In this document: positions 11,565 through 24,715 of the stretch, one piece after another
How the letters are laid out: every line of letters begins with the position of its first letter
How positions within the stretch are numbered: the first letter of the stretch is position 1
Assembly: GCF_006345805.1 (NCBI RefSeq)
Contig: NW_021836130.1
Location: forward strand, 1-64,000
DNA length: 64,000 nt
Direction: 5' to 3'
Origin: Octopus sinensis
Taxonomy: Eukaryota
The notes under the pieces: model-generated
Databases searched by the model: none
Seen by the model: only the letters and a program-made list of their open reading frames with translations
What the model was told of the DNA's origin: nothing
Made by a program: the position numbers and the translations under genes

Positions 11565-13319
11565 GACGTACTCTTTTTTTCTATGTTCGTAAATTATTGT
11601 CTTATATTTGTTGTGAGTTTAGGCTATAGAGGACTATTAATTTTGTCGACTGTCATTACCTGGTTGGTTTGTGGTTAAAGTACAGTTTTGATGAGTAATA
11701 TATCACTATTCGATGGATTTGTAATCTTCTGGAATATTGGCTTGAGGGTTGGATTGTCAGGGGGACAAGTATTTAAAATCTCAAAGCAGTGTCTCCTGAC
11801 ACTTTCTCCTAAAAGACTTTTTGAGATATAAAAAACCGAACGAGGAATCTCATTTTAGTTTTAAATATTTTTGTGGTGACTGAAGTTTCGGTGTATTTCA
11901 GTTCTGATATTTTTTTGATAAACATTAATCGTCGAATTTTGTCTACTGATTGTTGTGTAGAGAATTTTGTGAATTCCCGGCATTTTCAATTTAGAGCCGA
12001 TAGCCATTTTATTTTTGCTGCCGGAAAATGTTTGTCAACGTTTAACTAGATTGACACTAAATTTAAAACTTGGTTTTTAAGGAAATAGGACGTAAAATAA
12101 AGACTTTAAAAAAACTTGCCTAAAGTTCTTTAAACTAAAAGTCTCTTTATAAAAGTCGAAAGAAATTAATTTCGTGCATTATCTGACTATTAACTTAATT
12201 ATTGTCAAAATCCGAACTAAATTAGTTCACTACTCGCTTGCTCCAACGGCTCCATTCCCAAAGGCGATTGATCATGTTTCTATTCTTACAAATGTTTCTA
12301 TTTGTGATTTCTAGCGGAGTGAGGGATAAATTCCAAAACTGGCATAATTCAGAGATTTTTGAACAAATTGTTTATATAAGATTAGTAGGCTTAATTTTCC
12401 TTGACCGAAAAATTAACCTGATATGGCTTTTAGGGCTTTTAGTTTGCGTTTGACTTGCCTGCATGTTAAGTCAATGTGCCGAGGAAAGGCAGGCACTTAT
12501 CGAAAATAACCCCAAAGATTCTGGTGTGTTTGACGACAGGTAGTTTTTCGTTGTGTATATATACTAATGTAAAATTATCGTAGGTCTGAGGTGAATAAAG
12601 TTACAGATGATTTTGACGGGAAGGCATTAAGTCTTAGCAAATTAGTTGAAACATTGTTTTTTGTTCCAATGAACAATCATTAGAATCATTTATCACGAAA
12701 TTAAAAATTTTTTCTTAAATTGGTAAAGTTTTAAAGAATTTTAGATCAACTCAATGACATTTTCAGTAAAAATTATGATCACTTAAGAACTCTTTTTATT
12801 GCACTTTCCATATTGTCTTGAAACGAATGACCTGCTTTAATTATGAGGTTACTGATGTATCTCTTCTTCTGTGTTCGACTATCATAGTCGCCAACATTTT
12901 TTTCAACCGATTGACTATATTTAAATCCGAATTCCTTTTTCAATAAATAACTTGGCAATGTAGTTCAATAAAATTTATGATATTGGCTTTATCAAAGGTA
13001 GTTTATTACAGAAAAGCCATACTAGCAAATTGACTTTTTTATGCGATTGTATTTTTACAAAAAGTCATTGGCCTAGTCATTAGTCAATTATATTCATCTA
13101 ATGACTTGCCAACAAGGTAGGAGGATTTTTTGGATCAGAATTACAATTTTGCAAAAACATAAAGGAATATATACTTCTGATATTTTAGACAATTTATGAT
13201 AAACAGTCAACGCTTACTCATGGCCAGATTAATAAATAAGTCCAGCGATCAATCTAAACCAAGTCAAAAAAAGTAAAATAATTTTATTATTAGAATTAAT
13301 CTTGTGGTGCCAAATGCCA

Positions 13320-15170
13320 GATTCAACACATATGTCGAATACTCTACCTAGGTCCACAAAATACGGAAGAGGGATAGGCTAGTCGGCCCGGGGGCATTTT
13401 ACCATACAGATAAATCGTCCTCATTCTGAGTCACCTAAAATCTCTGCTCTCCGTGCCGTGCCATTACGCTATACGAGATGCATTTTCGGCTAAATTCGAA
13501 CAGAATAAATCGATTGCTAACCTACTCAGTTTGTCAAAAGCATACACTGAAAAGCAAACTAAGGAAAATAATGCCAATTCCTTAACCTTCCTCAGAGAAT
13601 GTGAAAACGAGTTTTTATCCAACTTAAAAGATGTGATGAAATTCTTAATGACTCAAGGCCGCATTCAAGGAAAATCCCAAATATCAAAGTCAAAAAGGAT
13701 TAATTGAGGGACTAAATTTGGCGATTAAAAAATATTGTCAAAAATTCTCTTTACTATCTATTGACCAGATCTCAATAGTTATATACGCGGGACAATGTGC
13801 CTACCAAGAAATTACAAATGTCAGGCCAACCAACGACTGGAAGGTCAATATGAAAAAGAAAGTTGAGGACTGGAAGAGAAAATTGGAACTTGTTTGAAAG
13901 CACTTTGAGCTTAGAGTTACAGATGTGATGAGAAAAAGATCACCTATGATATTCTCAGTTCGCTGAGCTACAAAAATCAAAAAAGGGAGAGAAAGGAAGA
14001 ATTATGTCGCACATCGAAGACACTATAAAAATATTAGAAAAGAAAATTACTGTGTATGAGTCCAGAAGGGAATTTCAACCACACAACCGCTCTTTCAAAT
14101 TATATCGAAGAGCGTTCTACAGATCTTTGGACCCTGCTGATCATTTATCATCTAGCATGTTTAACCCAGATGAGTGTTTTAATTTTTGGGAAGATATTTG
14201 GTCTAAAAGAACCAATACCTGTCAAAATGAGAAATGAACTTGCCAGTCAAACAAACTGGGACAGAATCTGATATCTGCTTTATTAGTCAAGAACTTTTCG
14301 AAGATTTTATAAAATATCTTCCAAATTGGAGATCCTGTGGCTGCGACGGGGTATACATTTCGAATCTTTACATCCATATATCTATACTGAAATCTTAAAA
14401 TTTGTAAAGGAGAGTACATACCGAACAATTGGTTTTACACTGGGATTACTTACCCCACCCCAAAGAAGCCTAACTCGAATTTGCCAAAAGACCTCAGATC
14501 CATAAATGCATGCCAAACCTGTATAAAGTTTCTCACTAAATGCGTAAATACGAAATTAACGGATTATTTTGAATATTATTCGCTTGTTTCGGATAATCAA
14601 CTTGGATGTAAAAGAAAATATCAATGAGCCAAAGAACAGGCTTTGATTAGCAAGAGTATAAACCTGGCCTACGGAAACAATCTGTTTACTGTCTGGATAA
14701 ATGTGAACATTTTTGTCTATGACAAAAAGAAAACATGATAACAATCATTGAAGTAGAATTACGTCGCAAGACAACTTGCAGAAGGTGGAAGTGGAAAACT
14801 CCACAAATACGACTTACTTGCAAGTGAGATCGGACTTTTACATAGTGCCAAAGTACAAATTGTACCAATTGTTTTGACGTGGATGCAATTACAACTAAAT
14901 TCTACCCGAAATATTGCCAAAAACTGAAGTTAGCGGATAAAATTAAATCATACATACAGTCTGTCGTTCTCAGAGCAACTTGCCAAAATATGAACACAGA
15001 ATACAAACCAATAACGTCGGAAAAGACACCGCTGATACATTGTGTGTCGATACTAGCGATGCCGACACTCCCAGAGCCAATATGTCCCAGAGCGGGAACA
15101 GGAGACAGAGATTGGAATGACCAAATTAGTAACACTATACCTAAACTATCAAATAACTAAACTTGATATT
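13320..15170 (+). mobile_element. Internally deleted R4/Dong-like non-LTR retrotransposon (RT N-terminal part plus RLE), copy A
   Basis: Fragments FWEDIWS, LPNWRSCGCDGVY, LRSITCMPNLYK, NQLGC...AKEQALI, then directly VEVEKLHKYDLLA...VPIVLTWDA. The RT core (QGD/YxDD) is absent. Confidence 0.7.
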
Positions 15171-15436
15171 TTAATAAAAAATGTTTTTATTCAAATAATC
15201 TGTCTGCCCATTCGTACAGTGAACGTTGGCCCTCAGAGGACAAAGTCTTTTCAAGAGTGCATTTGCCTCCTCACCGATTCCACACTCTTGCGATTTTTCT
15301 TGAATATTATTATCTATTAAAAAATTATTAATTTAAAAATGTTATTAAATAAAATATTCATTCGGTTTTTACCGTGGTTTAGCTAATTAAATAAATAAAA
15401 CAAATACTTGTTGTTCGGTGATTACAAAGCTCTCAC

Positions 15437-16928
15437 ATGCTGAATTCCCGTCGAATAATATCAACAATCATCAAATCCCTATCCACAACCGCCCCTCCAA
15501 TACTCCGACCAATCTATATGGACTACCAAGCCACGACCCCAATGGACCCACGTGTTTTGGACGCCATGTTGCCATACATGACTCACTGTGTTGGCAACGC
15601 TCACTCACGGACACATTTCTACGGCTGGGAGTCCGAACACGCCGTGGACCGAGCCAGAGAGCAAGTGGCGAGTCTAATAAATGCAAATCCCCAAGAAATA
15701 ATATTCACATCGGGGGCCACGGAATCCAACAATTTGTCCCTCAAAGGAATCGCCCATTTCTACGGAAAAAAACGGAAACACATAATCACATCACAAATCG
15801 TAAAAAACAAACTAAACAACCCAGGAACACAAATGTGTCCTCGATTGCTGCAGGATTCTGGAAAGTGAGGGTTTCAGGGTCACCTACCTCCCCGTCAACA
15901 CGAAGGGGATCGTCGACCTGAAGGTATTCCACGGAAAGTAGAGAATTGTAGTTATTGGAGTCGGAGATCACCCCCGACACGTGTTTGGTGTCGATAATGG
16001 GGGTACATAATGAAATAGGAGTAGTTCAGCCAATCGGGGACATTGGTTTGGGTTGGTTGTCATTGGCAGGGGAGTTGTGTCGACGGAATAAAGTGTTCTT
16101 TCACTGCGATGCAGCCCAGACGGTCGGGAAGGTGCCTGTTGATGTCAGAAAGGACAAGATTGACCTTCTGTCTATCAGTGGGCACAAAATATACGGTCCT
16201 AAGGGTATTGTGTTGATATATGGAAGGGATTGGGGCACTTTTTGTGAATAGGGCTCAAAGAGTGCGACTGACCCCCCAAATGAGTGGAGGAGGACAGGAA
16301 CGGGTTTCCGTAGTGGGACATTGCCGGTCAGTCTGGTGGTCGGACTGGGGGAGGCTGCCAAGGTCGCGGGGGAGGAGATGGAGGTGGTGTGTGTTGTCTA
16401 TTCTAGTATGACTACAAACACGTCAGTATGCTCAGAAATGTGTTGGTTGATGGACTGTTTTCTCGATTGGACAAACTGGAGAGAAATGGAGACCCCGATC
16501 GTTCATATCCGGTGTGTTGTGTGGGTGTATTGCAGGGTGTGTGAACATATCTTTCAGTTGTGTGGAAGGGGAGAGTCTGTTGATGGCCATAAAGAATGTT
16601 TCGGTCTCCTCTGGGAGGTTAGGAGTGGTGGTTGTGTAGTGGCAGTGCCTGCACGTCGAGTACTCTCGAGCCGTCCTATGTCCTGAGAGCCTTGGCTACG
16701 TCTGAGGAGTTGGCTCATTCGTCGATTCGGTAGTTGGTGGGGAGTGTTTGGTAGGTTTGGAATAGGCAGGTTTACTACATTAGCACAGGTGGAGTATACT
16801 GTCGATTTGGTGGTCGAGAAGGTCAATAAACTGAGGGAAATGAGGTACGGGGGGTCTTATTGTGTAGTCCTCTTTGGGAGATGGTTCAGGATGGGGTCGA
16901 TTTGTCCACTATACAATGGAAACATTAA
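15437..16928 (+). CDS. NFS1: Mitochondrial cysteine desulfurase, copy A (a few homopolymer frameshifts)
   Basis: [57 protein letters not shown]. Introns include 15800-15824 (25 nt) and 16205-16226 (22 nt). Confidence 0.96.
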
Positions 16929-17148
16929 ATTAATTTTTTACATTTTAAACAGTGGACAGTCTGAGTTTGGGAATCTTTTTATCTAAATAGGTCAAATGAA
17001 TTTTTTATGAATTTAGTTTTTAGGAACTAGAAATTAAATTTGCTTTATTAAATGCTATTAAAAATAAATTATTCTCAAATAAATACTTAGGAATTTAATT
17101 CAGCGTGTCTTATTTTAAATTAATAAATCGGTCTAATTTATATAATTT

Positions 17149-18977
17149 ATGTCCATGACTTGTCAGATACGTATTTTCCCAAATTAAATCTTTCTAGGCA
17201 CAGAGGATTCACCCTTGGCCACTAATTCAAAAAAATCAGGTCCTTCAAATGGTTTTTGATGTCTAAGGTAGCCAAAATAAGATCCTTGCATATATTCGGA
17301 TATTTCTAAAGACTGTAGTTATATTTTCAGTCTTGTACTTGTTCATATTTTCTCTCAAACTAATGGGGACATCCTTAAAACTACTCGGAGGTAATTCGAG
17401 TCTGACATTTTTTGAGGAGGAAACCCTTCAAGTTCGCTAGAAAAAATAACTTTGCTCAAAAACCCAATCGTGGGACTTGTGATTGGAATTCTCATCACAA
17501 TCGTCGTCCAAAGCTCGTCTGCTTCGTCCTCGATAATCGTCACGATGGTGGGAAATAAAAGTAGTCATTTTTCCGTGTTTAAGTAATTTCCGTGAGTGTG
17601 GCCATTCCCGTGATCATGGGGGCCAACATTGGCACGTCCCTCACCAACACCATCGTCGCCTTCGGAAACATCAAAAACCGCGGTGATTTTGCACGTGCGT
17701 TCGCGGGGGCAGTGATTCACGACATTTTTAATTTGCTGACTGTCGGAATATTTCTTACTTGGAGGAATTGTTAAGTTTTGTTTGTTTTGTGAGTTTTTTT
17801 AGTTGCGACTGTTGGTATTGGGTATTTGGAGTACATTTCGTGGAAATCGTGTGTGCCTTTGGTTTGCAAAAACTGCACGAAGGTCTCCAAAGTTGACTTT
17901 TTTTCAAAAATCACAAAAAGTCTCGAAAATCTGATTGTTCAAATCGACAAGAAAAAAATCAGTAAATCTAACGAAACGAGCATTTTAAAGAAAAAATGTC
18001 AAAGAATGATTGACAACAAGACAGAGAAATATAGCTGTTGTGTTCCGTTGTAGATCCCTATTAGTGAGCAGGTGGCTTTCTCTTTGCTTACTCAACTCTG
18101 ACTGACTCTCAAATCGGGGCCATTCTCCTAGTTTTGTCACTTGTGTGCATTGCAGTGGGTCTTGTATTTCTTGTTAAACTTTTGTATTCTCTGCTCAATT
18201 CTAAACTCGTTTTTGGAGTCAAAAAGTATTTTTGATAGATTTTTTAGATAATCAATTCTGACTTCCGGGGGTGTTCAAACACTTGACGGGCTATTTTGCC
18301 ATCGTAGTTGGAGTTGTCTTCACCATGCTGTTGCAAAGTAGTTCAGCATTCACGTCTATTTTAACTCCGTTGGTTGGAGTGAATATTATTTCGATTGAGC
18401 GATTTTATCCAATGTGTCTGGGTTCGAATCTGGGAACCACATTTACTGCAATTCTCGCTGCGTTGGCGATTGACCCAGAAACACGATTTCCTGCTCTTCA
18501 GGTTGCTTTTTGTCATTTGTACTTCAACTTGAATGGCATATTGGTGTGGTACCCTGTCCCCCTGCTTCGGAGGGTAGTCCACTTTTTGATTTTCAGGTCC
18601 CGCTCATGGCTGCTCACAGATTTGGGACGATCACGGAAAAGTACCGTTGGTTCCCCTTGGTCTACATTGTCTTGGTTTTTTTCATGTTTCCTGGATTTAT
18701 TTTTGTATTGTCGTTGGGTGGGTGGAAGGTTTTTGTCGGGGTTTTGTCGCCGATGTTAATTTTGCTGGTCTTTGTCGTGGTTGTGTCCATTTTTCAAAAA
18801 AAAAAGCCCGGGGTTTTGCCGAGGGTTTTGAGGGATTGGAAATTTTTGCCAGAATGGCTTCGCTCGTTAGAATTTTATGACAGAATTTTTGCCAAAATAT
18901 GCTCGCGATTTAAGTCAAGGAAAAAAATTTTTCAGAAAGTTGATACATCTAATGAAAATCATAATTGCAATTTATGA
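17149..18977 (+). CDS. SLC34 (NaPi-II) sodium-dependent phosphate transporter, copy A
   Basis: [58 protein letters not shown]; multi-exon. Confidence 0.9.
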
Positions 18978-19248
18978 TATTTAATCATTTTTTTGTTTAT
19001 CAAATTTATTATAAAAGTTTTAAATAAAATTCAAATTTTTGTAATCACGTGGTCATCTCACTAAATGCAAAATTTTGAAATTAACAAAAAACGGTGTTTA
19101 AATTCTCCAGATTTAAGCATAAAGAAATCATTTGATGATCGTTTACTTAAAATAATCACTTTTATCAACAACCACAACGACTACTATACCACTAGTTCAT
19201 GCTCAGGCAGAGTCTCCCTATCTATCACCGTATAAGAATAATATATTT

Positions 19249-19720
19249 TTAAAGAACATAACCAACGATAAACAATCCTGCAAATGGCTGTACGTTACAC
19301 ACGATTTTTGCGACCCACGTGCCCTGGTCTAATTTTGTGTAGTCAAAAAAGACCGAAGCCTTGAAAAACACGGAAGAGACCGTCGGACGTGTTTCCGTCA
19401 GATTTGAGCCTGCCATTTTGCACGTGGCCTGTCGGTCTGTCGAAAAGGCACAAAAACTGGTATTTTTACCATAAATTTCCAAGTTGGCCATCGCCTTGTT
19501 TTCCGGGTTCAAAAATTCAGGAATTTCAATCGACAAAAAATTTAAAAAATTTTGTTGGTTGAAAGATGGTTTTTTATGTCCTTTCAGGCAATTCGATGTA
19601 CATCCAATTTGGAGGTGCCTGTGGGTGAGGATGGGAGAGTATTTGTGGGCTGTGATGTATGTTTGTCGTTGATTGTAGTATATTACATATTTGTGTCGTA
19701 TTTCGAATGAAAAGCAGACG
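19249..19720 (-). CDS. Hypothetical protein, ~155-aa open frame, 5' end unresolved, copy A
   Basis: Stop-free frame from LKFLVCFSFEIRHK... to ...FAGLFIVGYVL*, also open in copy B. No family recognised. Confidence 0.4.
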
Positions 19721-20483
19721 AGAAATTTCAGTTTGATTCAGCGGTTTTATTTTTTCTTATTGGGATTTAGATTTGAGGATAATTTGAATTCTCTTTAATT
19801 TTATTTTTTTAATTTTGATATATTTTGATAAAAGACAAAGTCCTGGGTGGTTGTCCTAATTTCAGAAAATGTTTAATGAAATAAATCGTCATTTTTTTCT
19901 GTCGTAACATGTTTACTGATTAAGTCACAGGAATTGAAAATGAAATATATTGGCGTGGTTAGAGAGCTGAGATATCAAAAAGTGCTTAGATTTTGGCTGG
20001 GTTCAGAAAATATTAGGCTAGAAGAAGTAAATAAGGTCAAATTTAAGTTTAAATTTAGTTGAGATAGAAATAAAATAGTTGATGTAGTTGTCCTTTCTAT
20101 ATATTGAAAGGTGAATAATTGATTCAGTTTATTTTAAATTAGTTATTTAGTGAAAACAATATTGTTAATTCGTAGAATATTTAATTTGTTCCTCGACACT
20201 TTTGGGGTCAAAACGATCCAAATGTGAGACTTCTGCAATTATTCTCTTGACCCCATTTGTTCGTTTTAAGTTGTGATTTTAAAAAGTCTAATTATGTTAT
20301 AAATTTAAGTTTTTAGATAAAAAACCAATCCATTAATGGGGCACTATTAAAACATTTCAATCGATTTTATCGAATTGCTAATTAAATTAGTTAAGTATAT
20401 AAAGGTGAGCTTCATTAAAGTTTATTTGTGTGATTGTTCATTTTGAAAAAAGATTTTTAACAATTTTAAAATTAAATTTTGGA

Positions 20484-21977
20484 ATGTTTTTCATATTATT
20501 TCTAACACAACTACAACATGGTTCCTAATTAAACTATATTTTGTAGTAAATGTATGTCAACTGAAAAATTGCTGATTAAGCAAATTCTAAAACGCTATCA
20601 CGAATCGGGTAAATCGAATCGACCAGTTGAAAGCTCATTAGACACATTAAAGATTTATTTGGACTTACTTTAATCCAAATCCTCAATTTGAACGAAAAAG
20701 AGCAAGTCCTCACAACAAACGTGTGGCTCACATTTGTTACGAAATATCAAAAATTATTATTTTTAGTCATGGCACGACCATTTCCTCCAATGGAACCCGT
20801 CGGAATACGACAACATCTCCGTCATTCGCATATATTCTCACCTCATCTGGAAACCAGATATTGTACTTTATAATTAGTATACAACACATATATTGATACA
20901 TAGTGCGGATATGAGATTAGAAGACAAACGAGACGCCTTGGCTACAATATACGCAGATGGAAGAATCCTGTGGATCCCTCAGTCAATTCTTCTATCTTCG
21001 TGTCCCATCGATATTTTCTACTTTCCATTTGACACTCAAAAATGCGAACTCAAGTTTGGGTCCTGGACATACACAGGCGAGGACGTCGATATGGATTTCT
21101 ATGATAATAAAGAAGCATTCGAACTGACAGAATATGTGGAAAGCAACACGTGGAATCTTCTCGAGTCTAACGCTGTAAAAAGCATCAAGAATTATCCTTG
21201 CTGTTCTGAGAAATTCGTTGATATAACATTTTATTTGGTTCTCAGCAGAAAGGGAGGGTTTTATCACTATATCTTGGCCGTCCTTGCATTCTTCTGTCGA
21301 TGCTCACACTTTCGATATTTTGGATTCCCGCCGAGTCCCCTTCCAAAATGTTACTCGGTTTTTTATATATTTTTACTGATTAGGAATGAATATTTATGTT
21401 GCGTTTTTTGTTCTTCTTTTGCTACTTTCCGAATCAATTCCGCGAGCTGCCTCGACCGTGCCGCTGTTGGGTTTTTTGTTGTGTGGGAAGATTTTATTGT
21501 AGGGAGTTATTTTGTGTTCAACATGGTCCTCATAACCTTGTCCACATTTTTGGCTGCCATTGTTGTTACTTTTAATATGAGGGGAGAAAAAGTGAATCCT
21601 CTGCCGATTAAACTTAAAAAAGTTTATTTTTATGATTATTTGAAGGTTATTTTTAAACTGGACGAATTATTGGATTTCGTAATCTCACGGAAAATGACAA
21701 TATAACAACTATTCCCAAAAATATTAGAATTTATAAACCCAATGTTCGACAACGGATTTTGCCGAACAGTGTGGAGGCTGACGTTCGTCAAATTGCTGAG
21801 TGCGTGAGAGAACTCTTTGGAAGGAAGGAATCGAAAGACCGAATTAACTCAATTCTCTCTGAATGGAGGCTTTCCGCTTTGATTTTGGATCGACTGTTCC
21901 TCATTATTTATGTTGTCACTAATATTGTGGCAATATTATACATATTCATAAGTTTGTTGCATTTTTTATTTATTTAG
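20484..21977 (+). CDS. Nicotinic acetylcholine receptor alpha-type subunit (Cys-loop), copy A
   Basis: Cys loop [16 protein letters not shown], loop B WTY, vicinal YPCC in loop C, TM4 [10 protein letters not shown]. Some frameshifts are not present in copy B. Confidence 0.92.
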
Positions 21978-22407
21978 AAATCATGTCGTGATCGGATTTA
22001 CTTTTTTTAAAACAGTTAAAAAAATTTCTATCTAACTCTATTTAATCAGAAAATTAGACATTTTTAAAATCAAATCGAGATTTACTGTCAAGTTTTAATC
22101 GCCTCTCTCCAGCCAAAGTAGAGAGACTCTACAAGTCCAATGTACATGCTGGAGATCCGGTTCAGATCCAAACATTATAATAATCGAAATTCGGCTATTT
22201 TCTATATGTGTTGATAGACCCCAGGATATGCCGACAATTAAAAACTGTGATGAAGGAATTCAATTTATAAATAATACAATTCTCGTGATATAAATTGAAT
22301 ATATGTTTTCTGTCATAAGAGCACTTAACGTTTCAAAGTATACAGGAAATCTATAGCAATCAAATTCATCATTAATAAGAGAAATAATCAACATCGAAAA
22401 GCCACGA

Positions 22408-23076
22408 ATGAGTAATAAGGCAGGTCAAAAAATGACTATAAACCAGAAAAAATACTCCTTCCAGAACAGAAAAAAGGCAAGCCTGAAACCTCCGGGGAAA
22501 ATTGGAAAACTTACTCAAGCACAGATCCAAGAATTCAAAGAAGTGGTCCATTCTTTGACCTTTACAGGGATTTGCCATCATTGATCAAAACAACGACGGG
22601 AAAATTGATCTTGAAGACTTGAAAACTACTTATGAGTCATTAGGTGTGAATTCTGATTTTATGTATAAGGGCTCACTCCGGACGAAATACGACTCAAGGA
22701 ATGTTGAATGAGTGAAGGGACCGATAAATCTGACGGCGTTTCTTAGCATGTTTGGGGAAAAAATGTCTGGTAAAAATGAATTGGCAACTTTCAGGGACTG
22801 ACAGTGAACAAAAACTGATTAGTTCTTTTAAAATGTTTGACAAAAAAGGAGATGGGACAATTCATCAAGACTAGTCGTAGTTATTTAATATTTTCTAGTC
22901 TAAAGGATATCCTGACCAATATGGGGGACAACTTTTCGGAAAAGAGGTTGATTAATTTTGTTTATTAAAAGCTAAAAGAAATGTTGAAGGACATACAGTT
23001 GGGAGAAAATGGAGAGTTTGATTACATCTCGTACACGAATTTTATTAAAAGTGGAAATTACAATAAAGAACAATAA
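22408..23076 (+). CDS. Myosin regulatory light chain (EF-hand), copy A
   Basis: TQAQIQEFKE-GFAIIDQNNDGKIDLEDL...KGPINLTAFLSMFGEKM...GEFDYISYT. Confidence 0.9.
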
Positions 23077-23282
23077 TTCTTTAAAACTAAAATACTAATT
23101 GAAGAAATTATTAAATAAAGAAAAATATTTTTAAAATTGAATCGATATTTTAAAAATTCGATATAACCTGTGTGGAATGTAAATGACGTACAATTCCAAT
23201 TAAGAATGACGATTAATTAACGTAAGTAACAATACGATTGACAATATATACTAGAAAATCGTTTATGTTTAGATTTTGATAT

Positions 23283-23505
23283 ATGTAAATTTTAATTTAT
23301 GTTTATTAAAGGGTTAAGAAAGCAGGAAAAGTAGTCAAGCCAAGACAAATAAAGACCAAGGTTTAAAAAAATAAAATTTGTTGTTTAGACCAAGGTCAAG
23401 ACGAGCAAAAAACCTGTGACCTTTAAACAAATCAAAAAGAGGACTCCTTCAAAGAAAAGAGTATGCTGCAGGAAAAAGTCTTCGAAATGCTGCAAGAATG
23501 CCTAA
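23283..23505 (+). CDS. 55-aa Lys-rich basic protein with two CC pairs (protamine/H1-like candidate), copy A
   Basis: Introns at 23285-23311 and a 28-nt gtttaaaa...gtttag intron give MVKKAGKVVKPRQIKTKTKVKTSKKPVTFKQIKKRTPSKKRVCCRKKSSKCCKNA*. The frame is conserved in copy B. Confidence 0.7.
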
Positions 23506-23624
23506 AATACTAATTTAATCCTAATAATACATTAACAAATGTTTTAATTCTTATTAATTCACTAAAATTTTAATTAATATTTTGTGCTGCTGATTGTATA
23601 TATATTGACTTTATTGATATTATT

Positions 23625-23733
23625 ATTATTGAACCAGAAAACCACCGTCATAGCCAAAAGAAAGAGAATTCAGGTGATCCCAGCCTCCCTCAGCAGTTCG
23701 CGCAGCCTCTCCTGATGTTCCGCCGTTGTCCCG
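23625..23733 (-). mobile_element. 109-bp 5'-truncated retroelement with (TAA)n tail, present only in copy A
   Basis: Flanked by a duplicated attgatattatt (23613-23624, 23734-23745). The empty site is at ~36234-36245. Confidence 0.8.
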
Positions 23734-23879
23734 ATTGATATTATTGGAAATACAGTGGATTTTTTTAACGAAAATCTAAAATAATTTTCGTTGTAGCGTC
23801 AAGATCTGTATAAGTAATTTGGTGATGCTACTTTTAATCAATTTGTCTCATTGATGTAAAGTTTAGAGTTTAAGTGATT

Positions 23880-24715
23880 TTATTAGGTTACGATAATTGA
23901 TGACGAATTATAAAAATCCGATAATAATTTTATATTTTCCAAACAATGGGATAAATACTCTCCATCATAATGATTGTTTTGGTCCAAAGAAAAATACAAG
24001 GACGCCATATAATGGAAAAAAATCGACCACATCCCCAGAATTAACCTTGTGTTCCCCGAAATTAGCCCCAATTATTTTTTGGACGGTAAAATATGACCAA
24101 CAGAGTGATCACAATCCAATTATTATACGGATAAACCGTTCTCCAATGACTCGAGAGAATCATGATTCCTACTGCGATTAAAATATGCAAAATGGTCAGC
24201 TTATAAGAAATACGTCGATACGAAACTTTCCACATTCTATCCTGGACCCAACCCCTCGATAGGCAGACAAATATTTCAATAAAGTGGTACTTGAGGGAAG
24301 GAAATTAAGAGAAGAACGAACCAGAATCATACAGGCCAATATCTCTATTATGTGCCTCTCGAGAATTCCTGAAAAGTTGATTCTTGGCCGTATTCGACAT
24401 TTTATTCCGGAAGCAGCTTTTCAACATGGCTTCGAGAAAGGACAGTCATTTACTGTCCCTGAAACAATTTGTTACAAAAGGGTTGGAAAGAAAACCTAAA
24501 CAGGAAAAAACGATTGTATGCTCAATTGATATTCACAAGGCTTTTGATACGGTCTCCCGAAAAATTATTATACAGAAAATTTACTCGTTGAATATGGAAC
24601 CAAATTTAAAACTATGGCTTGCTAATTTTCTGAATGGACGTCGGGGGTAGAGTCTACAATGTCAAGTGTGTTGCTACATTCAACAAATTGGATCACTTTG
24701 CCATGTTTCTTTCAA
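23880..24715 (+). mobile_element. Decayed APE-type LINE (endonuclease end plus RT fragment), copy A
   Basis: SDHNPIII, FQHGF, IDIHKAFDTV, WLANFLNGRR, with stops. Confidence 0.75.

Noticed and set aside
16205-16400. Alternative genetic code or programmed frameshifting to explain broken ORFs
   Set aside because: Removing 22-31 nt GT-AG introns restores conserved proteins. The remaining breaks are mostly single-base homopolymer indels that differ between duplicate copies, which points to sequencing error.
5385-19055. Recurrent CACGTG-like motifs in spacers (~5385-5392, ~11025, ~19047)
   Set aside because: Too few and too short to distinguish from chance without genome-wide counts.
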